A DNA stretch of 64,000 nucleotides from Dicyema japonicum (lineage: Eukaryota > Animalia > Dicyemida). The notes under the pieces were generated by a model. That model ran no database searches, was not told where the DNA came from, and was given only the letters and a program-made list of their open reading frames with translations. The translations under genes were made by a program, and so were the position numbers. The DNA is taken from NCBI GenBank assembly GCA_011109175.1, contig RDEW01000042.1, positions 378,504-442,503 on the forward strand. Reading direction: 5' to 3'. Shown one piece after another: positions 1 through 11,995 of this stretch (its first letter is position 1; each line of letters opens with the position of its first letter).

Positions 1-325
1 TTCCAAAATTACAACATCGATGTACTCAAATGGGTAGAGACTGACATTCACTAGAAGGAATAATCGTAAAAACACAGATTGGCGTTCTTTGGGCATGTTA
101 TCCGCTCTGATTCACTGGAAAGAACCATTTATGCTGAGCAATATACTGGGAAGAGAAGACCTTGGCGACAAGGACTCGGTGGCTATCCACGGTGGAAGAC
201 GTCACGGGAATGCCTATATCATGGCTACTCCAAATTGCAACGGATGGGGAGAGTGGAGAAACTCGTTCATGAGATCTCCAAGGTCGGAAACGAGTTAATC
301 GGACAACATAACATAACGATCCATT
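1..325 (+). mobile_element. RTE-clade LINE, 3' end of ORF2 (frameshifted) with short CATAA-repeat tail
   Basis: Reads RLAFFGHVIRSDSLE...GKRR...VHEISKVGNELIGQ, the typical post-RT C-terminus of RTE elements; followed by acaacataacataac. Confidence 0.7.
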
Positions 326-569
326 CTATAACCCAGAAACGTATGATGTTATATTTAGTATAGACATAAGGCACTACCTGGTTCTTCTATAAATCTTTAA
401 AATAATAAACTTGTATGTGTTCGAAAGAATATATTTTGGAGAGACAGCACGCCGACGTATATAACATGTATTTAATAATGTTATATCAGACTGCAGTCCC
501 ATTGCGGAAAGGAACAATGTAGTTGGCATTTGCGGAGTTTAATACTAACATTTAAACTCACTAGATCGG

Positions 570-1130
570 TTATTATTATTATTACCCCCAGGACACTGGG
601 TCAAAGAGAAAGAAATAAAAGTTCTCATCTAACTAAGTGATCCCAGACCGACAAATGTGAGGACGAGTCCGGCGGGGTCGAAAATCCTGAACAGCTCTTC
701 TCATTGGAAATGGCATCGGCTCAAAATTTCTGCGGATGTCTCAGTGGAGAATTCTTCAATTTGGAAAACATGAAAGCAACGCTCGTATCTTAGACGAAAT
801 GTAAAGAACCTGCAGCATTTGACCATTGGTAGATTCATTCCTGTCTTCTTACCATAGCGGCTTCGTATGGGCAGATTGACTTTGAAAGTTGCGTGGAGCC
901 AAAAATTGATGAGCGCAATGGTCCAAAGGTTCCTTTTGATGACGACCATTTTTGAGATCGACGTGTTAAAGGGTGTCGACTGGGGAAATATAGGAATTTG
1001 TCACAAGTTCTTGAAAACTTCCTTAATAGTTGCACAGTCAGGCGAACTAAGACACTCCTAACCGACACGTACCTAGATGTGAGGATCAGGGAACCTCCTA
1101 AAACGATTCGTGACAAACTTTAAGAATTGT
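570..1130 (-). mobile_element. LINE (APE-RT, family A) 3' fragment with (TAA)n tail
   Basis: (TTA)n at 570-584. The adjacent sequence is homologous to 26985-27120 (-) and to 43800-43923 (+), where it ends the ORF (...GIT*) and carries a TAA tail. Confidence 0.75.
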
Positions 1131-1794
1131 CTCACTGAACAAGATCAAAAAAATCTGGTTTGCTAGTAAAGTGCTCGATGTGATAAGTGTCGTCTATATA
1201 AAGGAACCAGACTTTTGTGTAACAAACAAATATCCTCGAGTAGGGCCGCGTACTTTGCCGTTTTGACCCCTTGGTCTTCACAGCGGCAGAACAGACTCCA
1301 GAGGTACTTTTGAATAACCATTGGAATCATTCACTCACATTAAGACTTATTTTTGTGAATTTTTTGAAAATATAATTGTATGATCCTTGCCTATATAACT
1401 GATGCAAAGTTGTCTTTCACATTATCAATGGAGATTAATTGGAAGAGCTATAGGGTCTGAAGCACGAGTGGTCAAGTATATCCTGGGGTTTTAAACAAAG
1501 AAATAATTGCAAGGACCACCAATGACTCTAAGGGATGTGAACTTCTCAGTATCGTCAGTTAGACTCTAATCGACCTCCTCATGTTAGTGACGTCAAGGCA
1601 ACTAACTAACAGCAACAGAACTTGTAGATTATTATTACTTCACTTAAGAGAATAAGAAAGTGGACAAATCCTTAACGTGTCATTGTTATCTATAAGATCT
1701 ATGTTATGCTGCATAGAATAACGTTTTCTTAAAATTGATGTCATCACGTGATTTAGAATTCTCATAGAGTTTTCCATGTTATCAATTGTGCTTT

Positions 1795-2010
1795 TATTAT
1801 TATTATTAGCACTTTCACGAGAGCCATAATATTATAATCTCGCATGTGCAGCAAAAAATATAAGAGAGTTAGTTAGCTTGCTCCAAGCTCTTCTGTTCTT
1901 AGCTAGGTCCCTCAGCGAGTCCAGATAGTCACCAGATGCCAATGTTTTCTTCACGGCTTTCAGATCGTTTTGTAAAACGACCGGGAAGGTTGTTCTCGGT
2001 CTTCCATTGT
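1795..2010 (-). mobile_element. RTE-clade LINE 3' end
   Basis: Minus strand reads GRPRTTFPVVLQNDLKAVKK...LRDLAKNRRAWSKL; (TAA)n tail at about 1795-1808. Confidence 0.7.
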
Positions 2011-2069
2011 GCTTTTAAGAGCTTTTATAAAATATTCGATAATAATATTAAATATTATTTAAATTTAAT

Positions 2070-2525
2070 TTAATTACTAGTGGGTTTGAATGAGGATCAT
2101 TTGTTCATCCCAACATGCTTTGTGCCGTTAGTGATAGCGGACCAATCCATGCACAGAAGTACTCGATACTCGGTAGATCAAATTTTTTGTATAGAAGCTC
2201 TAACGATGGCCGGGAAGATATTGAGTAGTGCGCTAAGTTTTGAGAATTCCAATTTTCTTTTGCACCCTCGAGGTTACCAGGTCCACTTGATGAGTGAATG
2301 AAAGAAGAGGATCCAGGATGACTTCAAGGATTGAAAACGTTTAACTACAATCAGAGATCATTCGCATACGATGAAATTGATTTTTTAGTGGATCGGGATG
2401 GGAACTCACTGAGGAACATGTTGAATAGCATTGGTGACAACAATGATTTTTGTGGAACTCCATTGGAAGCTATCGCGGTTTTAATTTTTGGTTGTTTGCC
2501 ACCACTTGGCCCATTCGACCGTTGA
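2070..2525 (-). mobile_element. LINE RT fragment (family B), internally deleted, inverted relative to the adjacent 3' end
   Basis: Minus strand reads NGVPQKSLLSPMLFNMFLS...SYANDL, then VILDPLLSFTHQVDLV...LYKKF; nucleotide similarity to 57740-57950 and 44290-44390. Confidence 0.75.
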
Positions 2526-2529
2526 TGAA

Positions 2530-2680
2530 ATCACGAGAATAAACCTTCCCCGTTGTATAGATTAATCCAAGACTCAAACCTAACCGCATGAAAAGGACTG
2601 GTATGGACATCAGAATCGCTTAATTAGACGATAACTCTCTTATCCTTCTCTCTCGTCTTTTCGGGGTTAATAAATTAAAT
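2530..2680 (+). mobile_element. LINE family B 3' terminus
   Basis: aaaggactggtatggaca...cttaattagacgataact is shared with 58185-58225. Confidence 0.65.
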
Positions 2681-2989
2681 TTGTTTATCTCATTTGCTAT
2701 TGAGACTTGGAGGAATACTCGTCCACAAGCGGACGATCGAGTCGATGATACAAAGGGTCACCAAGGATCAACGTTACACTCGATGCCTTCGATGGCGTAT
2801 CTCGATAACTATTGTGACCAGTTCTAAATGAGGTTAGGTAAAAAGATGATTTTATTAATATAACAAACTCGTTACTAATTAAAAACTAATTAAACAGGGG
2901 AAACCAATGAGTTTGACTTAGCTGATGGGGTCTGGTATAACGAGACATCACATGTCTCCTCTTCGAATTATTGACCCCTTCATCAAACA

Positions 2990-3480
2990 AGAAGTATTTT
3001 TTCAAGTGGTGCAATATTTTTTCAATAGATCTTGCACGTCTTTCATAACAAGAGTAATTTAGATTTTAAATCGAGTCCATATGCCAGATAGTAGCATATC
3101 TCCTCTATCTATCGAGAAGCTCTACAAGATTACTTCTCTCATCACTTTCAGACTATCCTTGGAAGCCATAAATCAAGCATGAACATAGAAAAAGTTTCCG
3201 GACTCAATTGAAAACGTAGAAGCTATTTCAACATCGCTGTAGCTTTTTCCTTTTTTTCTTGATGTAATTTATAAAGGAATTTTTCGATTTCACAAAACAC
3301 AAGATATTTTAACTGTTCCATGCATTTGATTACTCCAGTATTAATACAAATTTTTGACTTATTTTTGTTATTCACAATCCAAGAAGCAGTGCATTTTTCA
3401 AGAGATAAGGATAAACCTTTATCTCGAGATGACTTTTTAACCTAAAGATGTCGAGGACCTTGGTAAAACGTTCCACTTAC
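2990..3480 (-). mobile_element. LINE RT C-terminal fragment (family C), degraded
   Basis: Minus strand reads INTGVIKCMEQLKYL...EKATAMLK*LLRFQLSPETF...LIYGFQG, homologous to the ORF at 31733-32113. Confidence 0.7.
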
Positions 3481-3699
3481 CCATAGGACCCCTTAAAATC
3501 AATTTTTATAAAATTTAAAAAAGATTTCAAACACATTGTAAAATATCTCGTGATGTTTATTGATGAATTTTCCAAAACCTGAAAAAATTAATTGGAGACC
3601 ATTTTGAATGGGAACCTTTCTTTCTCTTGAACATAAAAAAACATATTTCAGAATAATAAACCAAAAGTCAAAATTAAACTATTTAAAGTTGACTGGTTG

Positions 3700-4560
3700 T
3701 GTTAATTTATTCTCTTTAGTTTTGAGCCATCCTTAGCTCTCTAACTGCAATCTCTTGGTCACCATCAGCAATCTGATCTTCACTCCAGTATTGTTGTTCC
3801 ATGGGCACGATTCCGCCATCCTCAACTTGTTGTAGAGACTTTCTTTTTGGGAAATGAATGACCTCACTAACATCACTCTCTTGAAAGTTCATCCCATGTC
3901 GGTGCTCTACTAACATGCTTTCAAAAGTTTTCTTTAACACAATAGATTGAATATATGCCCTCGGAATTATGTCACATCAAAAATCCATATATGACTTGTA
4001 AACTTACTTGCAATTCCCTCCCAAGTCTTCTTTGAACCTTCAGGGCTGAGCACTCTTAGTCACCTGAAAATGATCCATGACTGGATTTCCGCAAATGATC
4101 AGAAGCTTTGGTACCAACAAGCTTCTGGGACGTCTTCAACCCTGAATATTGACGAAAGCCAGGCTTCTCTACAGTGGGAAATTCTTGTCCACTTCGCGAG
4201 CCTCCTATGTGGATACCAAATAAATTTACGTTCCTATCTGAATAAAATCTTATTTCCACTTGCCCATGATGCTTTCTTGACGCCAAATACAGGTCATCTC
4301 TTCTCTGGACCTACCTTCGAGTTGTGCACAGCATCAAATATATCTGATGGATCTCTAGGAGTGTCCGCTCTTGTCTGTAATGTTATTGTTAGCAATCAGT
4401 TTTTCTCACTCAAAAGGACTGGTGGTAAATTAATTAATTGTCAACAGCTAATTAAGAATGTACAGTTGACACGGTGGCAGATGCAGAAAGTCTTTCCAAT
4501 GTCACTCATACCTATAGAAATGGAAATAAACGTCGAGTTCTTGACCCGTAGTAGCCCTTC
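3700..4560 (-). mobile_element. R4/Dong-like (RLE) non-LTR retrotransposon 3' fragment, degraded
   Basis: Minus strand reads AYIQSIVLKKTFES, matching AYVQSLVLKETFES at about 13045-13085; a degraded Cys/His knuckle-like region lies upstream. Confidence 0.6.
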
Positions 4561-5339
4561 AGTAGAATGGAGAAAATATTACTAATCTACCTGAAAACGC
4601 AATCCATTTCTCAATTCGTAAGAAAATGTGTTCAATGATCTAGCTCCTCTCTTATCAATCTCTTTTCCATCTCATGATAAACACATCGACTTTTTGCAAC
4701 TGTGAGGACTTTTTAGTAGAGTTGAAGAACAAATGAACATTTTCCATGCAATTTCACCATTGGGTGTCATCTGAGACATGCAGATTACATGTTGCCACTA
4801 AAGCAAGAGAAAGTAAGAAAAGGAGGAAACTTACACACAAGAATTGAACATTTAAATTTCAAATTAGACAATTGATTTTTAAAAAAATAGAACTCTCGTG
4901 ATCCTGTATCCTTATGTTTTTCTTATCGTCGCATCTGTATTTCGCGAAGAAAACAAAAAAAACACAAAACCCAAGATCTTATTAAATAGTTATCAAAAAT
5001 TTTCAACTGAAGATATATTTGAAAAAATAACAAATCATAGCTAACAGAACTATTCAATAATATTATTTAAAGTCTCTGGTGTTTTCGAACTTTGTTTCTC
5101 GGAAAACTTTAATCAACAGAAATAAGGAAAATTGTAATTAAATTACGGTTAACTTTTAAAATTATATTTTCTTTGAAAATTTCAGTTACAACGGTGGCAA
5201 AGAACTCTGCGACTAAAATTTTCAGCAGACATACAAGGTGACAAAATTAAACTTATCGGAAAATTGAACTAATATTTTTATTCGATTATAATTTTCAATG
5301 TTGTGTGAAAAAAAAACTAACCACGTAAACGACGTATTA

Positions 5340-5520
5340 CGGTAAATTTTCACGGAACTAAAATCTTGACTGCAACGCATTGTCACAGAAAAGGAATGTC
5401 AAACCTCATCTTTGGAGGTTATTTGAAAAATGACAAGAGCCTGCAGAAAAGGAATGTCGAACTTCATCTCTGGAGGTTATTTGAATTTCTAGCTGTGAAC
5501 GACTTGAAGCAGTTCGCTAT
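5340..5520 (+). mobile_element. Possible MULE transposase C-terminal remnant with an internal 58-bp duplication
   Basis: HLWRLFEFL resembles HPTIWKFIDVL of the intact MULE; direct repeat at 5386 and 5444. Confidence 0.3.
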
Positions 5521-6899
5521 TTTTGTAAAAATTCTTTTACCAATTATACGAGAATTTACGTTTTTAGCTCAAAGTCACTCTCTCAAAGTATCCGGTTGAA
5601 TGTAATTTTTGTGTCTCTATGGACATAAGCCCCCTCCCCCCTTAACAGGTAAAACACGTGGAGCCGCGCTTATTTTTATTGAATAGATATAACTCGAGTC
5701 ATCCATGGAATAATTATAGGTAAGAAAATATTCGAAAATAACAAAAAATATAAGAAAATATTTCATATCAAAATTGAAAGCATGCCGATATCTGAAATTC
5801 TCTGACTGTTTTACACTTCAATTTCCGTTTAAATTTCTATCTGATTTTTATACGAGAATGAAAATTTATTGGCAAAGATAAAGCATAGAATTTAAAACAA
5901 TTTCAGGAAAAATAGAAAACGACAAAACTTAAATGATATTTCATGTTTAAATCAAAAATATCGTAACAAGGAACTATTCATTTTTTTATTTAAAGAATAT
6001 TGTGCAAAATTTATTTGCTGAAAACTTTATAGTAGAATGTAAAAATATGTAATCAGAATAAAGTCAATTTCATAAAATAATGGATCTGTATTTTTCTTTC
6101 ACATTTGCTGTCTGTAGTTAGACATTAATGTTGATTTTTTTAAAATGCACTAATTGATTGATCAAATTATATATCGAAAATAGCAAAATTCAAATATAAA
6201 CTTCATAAATTAACTTTGTCTGGTTTTCTTCACATAGCAGTTTCCGCACTTAATTAAACTGTCTCCTTCAGTATATATACGGTTTACATTGTGTTTCGCT
6301 GCAGGCACTTCTTTCTGTGACCCACTGTTCCGTATTTTCCTACAATTAATTACAAACTAGGTTCAACAGATGTTTCTCTAGTAAATTCTCCAATGTTATT
6401 TTGTACATAAATCGATGTCGGAGATTATAAAATAATGAAGATGGATAATTTTTTTATGAAATTTATACTGCACGTGTTAATATGTCTGAATGATCTCTCC
6501 AATATTAAGATATTCCATTGAGTCAATATAACGGAACAGCTTCAATCTTGTGTTAAAGATTGATTCATAAACTAATAGCCAACGTATTATAATGAAACTT
6601 GTACTTAGAACTAATCCAATAACTAACTCGGTAATATTACGCTGGGAGTGTTATTTTGACTAAGTAATTCTAGTTTTCTCTTGTTATTTTGATATATTTT
6701 CCATACTTGTAAAGTCCAATAGATTTATCCCATAGCCCGCAGGAAGATGCGATATTTGCATATATAAATATAATATTGTATAAATTGTCTCCAAATTGAC
6801 TCATGTACTTCTACACAACCGGATTCTTCTTGGTCCTCAATAGCAATTAATTTCTCTCTTCATCAATCCTTTTTTTTTTTACTGTAATCAATTGAAATA

Positions 6900-7807
6900 A
6901 ATTCTATTTCAATAGGATCATAAATATCTGTTCTGGATACAATTTCATCTGTTCATTTATGTTAGTAAATTCTGATTCATATTCTATACGTTCTAAACGT
7001 TTAAAACAGTTTGAAATTGTTTGAGATTTCACATCTTCCCATGCCATTTTTACAAACAATACAATATCCCTAAAATTTAACTTCTTATATGATTCCGAAC
7101 TATAAATATTTTCAGACGAGTAACTCTTTGAAACTTCTTCAAATTCTTTTAAAAAGCCATCAATATCCACATGTTATTCAGTGCGCATTTCGCCGTGTAA
7201 TTTACGCATTCGAAATATGTAATTTCTCCAAATACCCGTTTGAATTTTTAAAATTAGTTAGCGAAAGTTCTTTAGCGAAAAAATCTGCCTTGTGTAATAA
7301 TAGAGAATCGTTCAATAAAGCACCTGAAATGTTAGAGTAGAAAGTGTACCTTTTGATTCAATTGAATCCATCCAATCTACTAGATTTTCATCAAGCTAAA
7401 GGTATTTTAATATTTTACAAGTTTTTAGTTTAGCATTTCAGTTCTTGAACTGAAATAAAAGCGATTTTGTATTCATTAATATTCTAGATTCTCTTTTTTA
7501 AAAATAGAAGAAAATCTGTTGCATATCGCCTGAGATGAAGCTAATTTATTGGTTTCTCTATACCGCAATATTTCCACTTTTTGAGCAATTGAAAGTCTGG
7601 TGTAGCCACCAACAGGAACATTCTGACCCATGCTTGCTTTAAAGTATTTAAATTTTTAAAAATATTTAAAAAAATAAAAATAATATTTTAAAATGTTGGC
7701 AAATTTCAGAATTGGCAAATATCATTGAAAAATAGAAAAAATCGATTAAAATGGCAAATTTTAAAATTGGCAAATTTAAGAGTGGCATATTTGAGAGAGT
7801 TTACTGT
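6900..7807 (-). mobile_element. pogo/Tigger (Tc5-like) DNA transposon remnant, internally deleted
   Basis: Minus strand: HTH start (RLSIAQKVEIL), FKNSNGYLEK (Tc5 HTH motif FKASNGWL), C-terminal VKMAWEDVKSQTISNCFKR; terminus TA|CAGTAAACTCTC at about 7795-7808. Confidence 0.7.
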
Positions 7808-8249
7808 ATAAATAAAAAACCCTGTTTTTTTTCAAAGTAGACTTTGCCAAATTGTCCATTCATCTCCTAATCGAACTGTAAATTTGTGATCCAATAGTTT
7901 TTCTATTTTTGAAAAAGACATTAAGTGTACAAAGAAACCAACGGTGCAACAGGGTAAAATTGACAGCTTAACCTTTTGACCTATCAACTGTTATCTTAAC
8001 TTTTCTAATAAAACAAAAATATAAGTTTCATTTACTAAACTGTGCTGATTTGTACTAAAATTATGCTTGTTTTAAGGAAGCACACTAGATTCAGAAATGC
8101 CACTAGCTTAGACAATTTTTAGTTGTTTGACTATCTTGACTGAAAATATGGTTTTTTAGTAAAATAATATTTTTAAAATTATGTTATTCTTACACGTGTT
8201 TGTCCTAGATCAAAGGCGATAAACTCATTTCGCTTCGACAGCATTTTGC

Positions 8250-8830
8250 TGATTTCATAGCTTGTAGTAACTGATGTAGTACTTCGATTATGATTTTTGT
8301 GAAATGAGTCTCTAACGCAGTTAAATTTTTTCGCAATTCATTAAGCTTTAGAGCACGCATGGACCTTCTTATATAATAAGCAACTTAATACCTTCGAAAT
8401 GATTGCATGTTCAGGACTTGTGTGCGGTTGATTCCTCGTAAGCTAACATTTCAGGTTATCCAGTGAATCTTGTAAGTAGTTTAGTTTTTTTTAGCATTTT
8501 GTAATTACGTTTTCAACATGGGGAGAGAATGACATATGCATGCCAAAAGTCACCCCAAGGATCCTTTGGGATTTTCTGAAAGGAATAGCTTCATTGTTTG
8601 CCTTCAGTTCGACCGTCTGTCTTCCCAGTCTCTTGTCTAAAGTAAATAGAGTTGTAACGGACTTTTTGCTGCTACTAGTTAGGCGATTTTTCTATCTTCA
8701 CCGTCCGGTTCAAGGATTACAATTAGACTCAGGCTACACTGCTGGTAAGATTCGGAGGGCTTGGAACTTGTAAGCATGTAGACATTTCTTTCCTTGCATA
8801 TCTCTCGTCGCTAATAACCTATAACACCGT
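8250..8830 (-). mobile_element. LINE RT fragment (domain 7 and downstream), degraded
   Basis: Minus strand reads NNEAIPFRKSQRILGVTFGMHMSFSPHVENV (the ILGV.D..L.F..HV motif). Confidence 0.6.
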
Positions 8831-9189
8831 TATCAAAAGGATTCTATACTTCCTCCCTGAATTTTCGTGAGCTATATAGCCCTCATTTGCACCCCAAGAT
8901 AATTTTTTAATCGTCTCTACTAGATTGTTAGCCAGTGATCCAATTGAGTCATGGTCGTCTTTATTTTTAAAATCCCTTTTATCGTTTAAGTGATTATTCA
9001 GTACATCTGGCAGAATTAATTTTGCCTTCCACGACAGTAGTCCCTAAAATCGACTTATCTAGTGATCTCCAGACTCTCTGGAACGGAGGCGAAGAACTTA
9101 ATCCACTATCGACTATAAAGGAATACTCCTCTAAAATTCGGTGATTACAACACTTTTTAGAAAATCAGTGTATATGTCCAATCGCCCCT

Positions 9190-10057
9190 TTGTTATCATA
9201 AAAAGTTTTCAGAATTAGTTCCAAAGCATCATCGTTAACAATTTGATTATCTCGAAAAAGTTTCCAGAGTTAGTTCTATAAGCATCATTGTTCATCAACT
9301 TTGAAATACCTTCAACCCTGTGACTTTGAAACGCAATATTCTTTCTTGCAAGGAGAAAAACAAAAGATCTATAAATCGTCCAAAATTAAGTTGCCACTTT
9401 GTTTTCTCACTCTAATATGTTTTTTGAGTTTGTAATCAATCGTGCATGATTTTTAAAATATTTTTGCAAAATCCAAATACTGTGATCAGGACTTCTTTCA
9501 TGTTTATAAATGCCAAGATTCAAATTTCTCCAGCAGCTAAATCCATCTTCGTTACAAAAACTTGATTTTCATATTGAAAATAAAAACAAACAAAGCAAAA
9601 GGCAGCTTGTTTGCAAAGTGAATATATCAGCCATTTTCTCTGCAAACGCTCGTCATTACTTGACAAAGTTTCAAACAAAAAACGTTGCCTTTGGATTCAA
9701 CGTTCTAAGTGACAGGAGCATTACAATACACACAAGAAATCAGAACATCACGTTATACCGCGCAAGCGTAAAATCGCCGACATAAAATGGTCACTGACCG
9801 CGCTTCATCACGAAGAGAAATAAAATAAATCACAACGAACACGCGTCTGCCATTTATTAAAACCAGTGGCTTGAAGTTTTTAGCGGTGTCAATAGAAAAA
9901 AGTGATCATTAGCAGTCGATCTTGTCTATGATGAAGTAACATATAGAAAAAAAGTGAGTATAACTTATTAATGTGAACTCTACGGCTTGGACCTGCCACC
10001 TCCTAAAGCGTAATGCCTGGGCGGCTACCCCTATGGACCCCGTATTTACGCCACTAC
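9190..10057 (-). mobile_element. hAT transposon 5' part (TTF-type zinc finger and DUF4371-like region), pseudogenised
   Basis: Minus strand reads KWLIYSLCKQAAFCFVC...GFSCWRNL...KHERSPDH and FLARKNIAFQSH...NSGNFFEIIKLL; terminus-like TAGTGGCGTA at about 10048-10057. Confidence 0.75.
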
Positions 10058-10069
10058 GCATGTCCATCC

Positions 10070-11480
10070 ACTAACTAGCAGAAAGGGAAGAAATAGTTGA
10101 AAACCTACACATCGCATTAACTATACCATCAAACATCTTTAAAGTCATCTGGACTTTTGTCTATACTCGGCATAACTGCGGTAATGTGAAGAGAATTGAT
10201 GAGGTGACCATTTCGAATTTCAGGAATCAGAGGAATTTGAGAGGATAAAGTCCATAGAACCTCTAGATCTCCCGCAATTGGAGCAACAAAATAGATTTTT
10301 GATTAAACAAGTCCAGTCGTGTCGATCTTGGCATAAAGTTACCATCAACCCTGGTAAATTCCGCTATCAGCGGATTGAACAAAGGATTCTCAATGAACCG
10401 GGTAAACAAATTTGATATTCTTTGTCGAAGACCTTCAGCATTTCAACATCCTTTTTCCGCATTATCAGATGTTTCTCTATCTACCAAATTAGTGATTTTT
10501 TTTCTAAGCTTTAAGTTGTATTCCTAAAATCTCCAGTAACCTCATGTCATACAGACACTGTATTTTTCAAAGTCAACAAGTCACCCAATCGTTTGCTATT
10601 TGATAAATATTGCAGATTAATGGAAGAAAATATATTATTGATTTCACGTGCTCTGATTGTGTAGGCTTAAATCACATGGCATACTCTACCATAATTGATA
10701 TCCCACTTCATTGATCAGAGCCTGTTATGTAGAATTACACTTTACTTTGTTAAACAACTTTTTCTGGTTGCTGACTTTTTTTTCCTGCATTACAGCCACC
10801 CGTCGGCGATCAATTTACTGATTAAAGTCACGTGCTATAGGTTTAGCACATAAAACTGAGCCTTATTGTCTGTATTCACTTTTTCGTTTATCAAATCTAT
10901 TTTTCTAAATTCCATTTTGATATGAGATTAGGCAGAAAAATAACTTTCTAAGAAATTGTACAGCAAATCGAAGTCTTTGGGTGTCTTTGGGTTCATTCTT
11001 CGTTTGTAGTCTCGTCGGATCTTTTCCTGTTTCTCAAAAATAGCTTCAGTTTTCGTTCTCCCTCCCATTTTAGTCGTTCAGCTTTCTTCCTCCTCAATTC
11101 CTTGACATATCAAATGCTAATCCATCGACGTACATATTATTGAATGGTGACAATCTCAGCGTCAATTTAACCACCAACCGCCTGGATCTTGTTTTTTTGG
11201 ACGACACTAATTTGTCTCGTTTTGCTTACTCATTTTATATTTCCACAGTCTGAGTGTTTTTCTCATGTCGATCCACAGAATGTAAATGAATTCGCTTTGG
11301 GTCGGTTTGAACCCTATGATTGTGTTATTGCATCCCTTTCGTTTTGTTCACAAAGCTAATTCCAGTGGATTTTTTTTACCGTTTTATTGATTTTAATTTT
11401 TTTATTTATTTGATAATAAAACCATTTATAACAAAAAAATTGATTTTAATTGCCACGGAATTTTTATTGACTATGATAAT
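10070..11480 (-). pseudogene. IQUB: IQUB (IQ and ubiquitin-like domain protein; radial spoke FAP253 homologue), intron-containing, multiply disrupted, 3'-truncated
   Basis: Collinear blocks: KSTGISF|HNHRVQTDPKR, TQTV, IVTIQ*YVRRW...ELRRKKAERLKWE, RRMNPKTPKDFDLLYNFLE, YTIRAREINNIF...LLTLKNTV, EGLRQRISNLF...NPLFNP, CSNC. They match IQUB as I recall it. At least 4 in-frame stops, several frameshifts, introns of 23-33 nt. Confidence 0.85.
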
Positions 11481-11995
11481 CTCCTTAAAGCTGTACTTTC
11501 TCCCTTTGAAGTCATATCTGAGTCATTTCCCTTTTTTTCTTGTAGTTGTTAACTTTTTTATCATTAGAGGTTAATGTTAATAAAAAATATAATAAATGGT
11601 TCCCCTGATATGGAAGCACATAGTGTCATTGTGCATAAAAGATGAAGTCTTTTCATTGTATCAGTCATAAAAAATCTCTTTCTCTAGTGATCTCTGACTC
11701 TTTGGTGAAAAGAAAAGAACCACTGACTTTATTCGTTTAAAAATGGAAAAAAAACTTTTGTGTAGGTTCATGGCTTTCTTTTCTGGGAATCTATTGTTCT
11801 ATCATGCTATAAGTGGATGTGACCTTAATAGAATTGATCCATTATTCATTATTATAATTCCATTTTGATAAATACATAAATTAATAAAATTTTATGAAAA
11901 AATGAACTTAATAATAAATATATTAATAAAATTTAAAAAAATATATTTTACTTTGTTGTTTTATTTAAGTGCTTCAAAGTTAGAATCGTATTTAA

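Noticed and set aside
650-690. Hammerhead ribozyme (GTGAGGACGAGTCC resembles stem II)
   Set aside because: The CUGAUGA and GAAA core is not in the right arrangement, and the segment is the antisense of the LINE ORF2 C-terminus.
6330-6830. 7TM/GPCR-like remnant on the minus strand (WDKSIGL, hydrophobic stretches)
   Set aside because: Too many stops, and AT-rich sequence gives hydrophobic translations by default; not supportable without an HMM search.
10600-11260. Stop-codon reassignment (several in-frame TAA/TAG in IQUB and FAM21 fall at Lys-like positions)
   Set aside because: HP1, AP-1 sigma and the MULE transposase have no in-frame TAA/TAG, use AAA/AAG and CAA normally, and end at TAA, TGA and TAG. 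IQUB also has TGA, frameshifts and broken acceptors, which fits decay.
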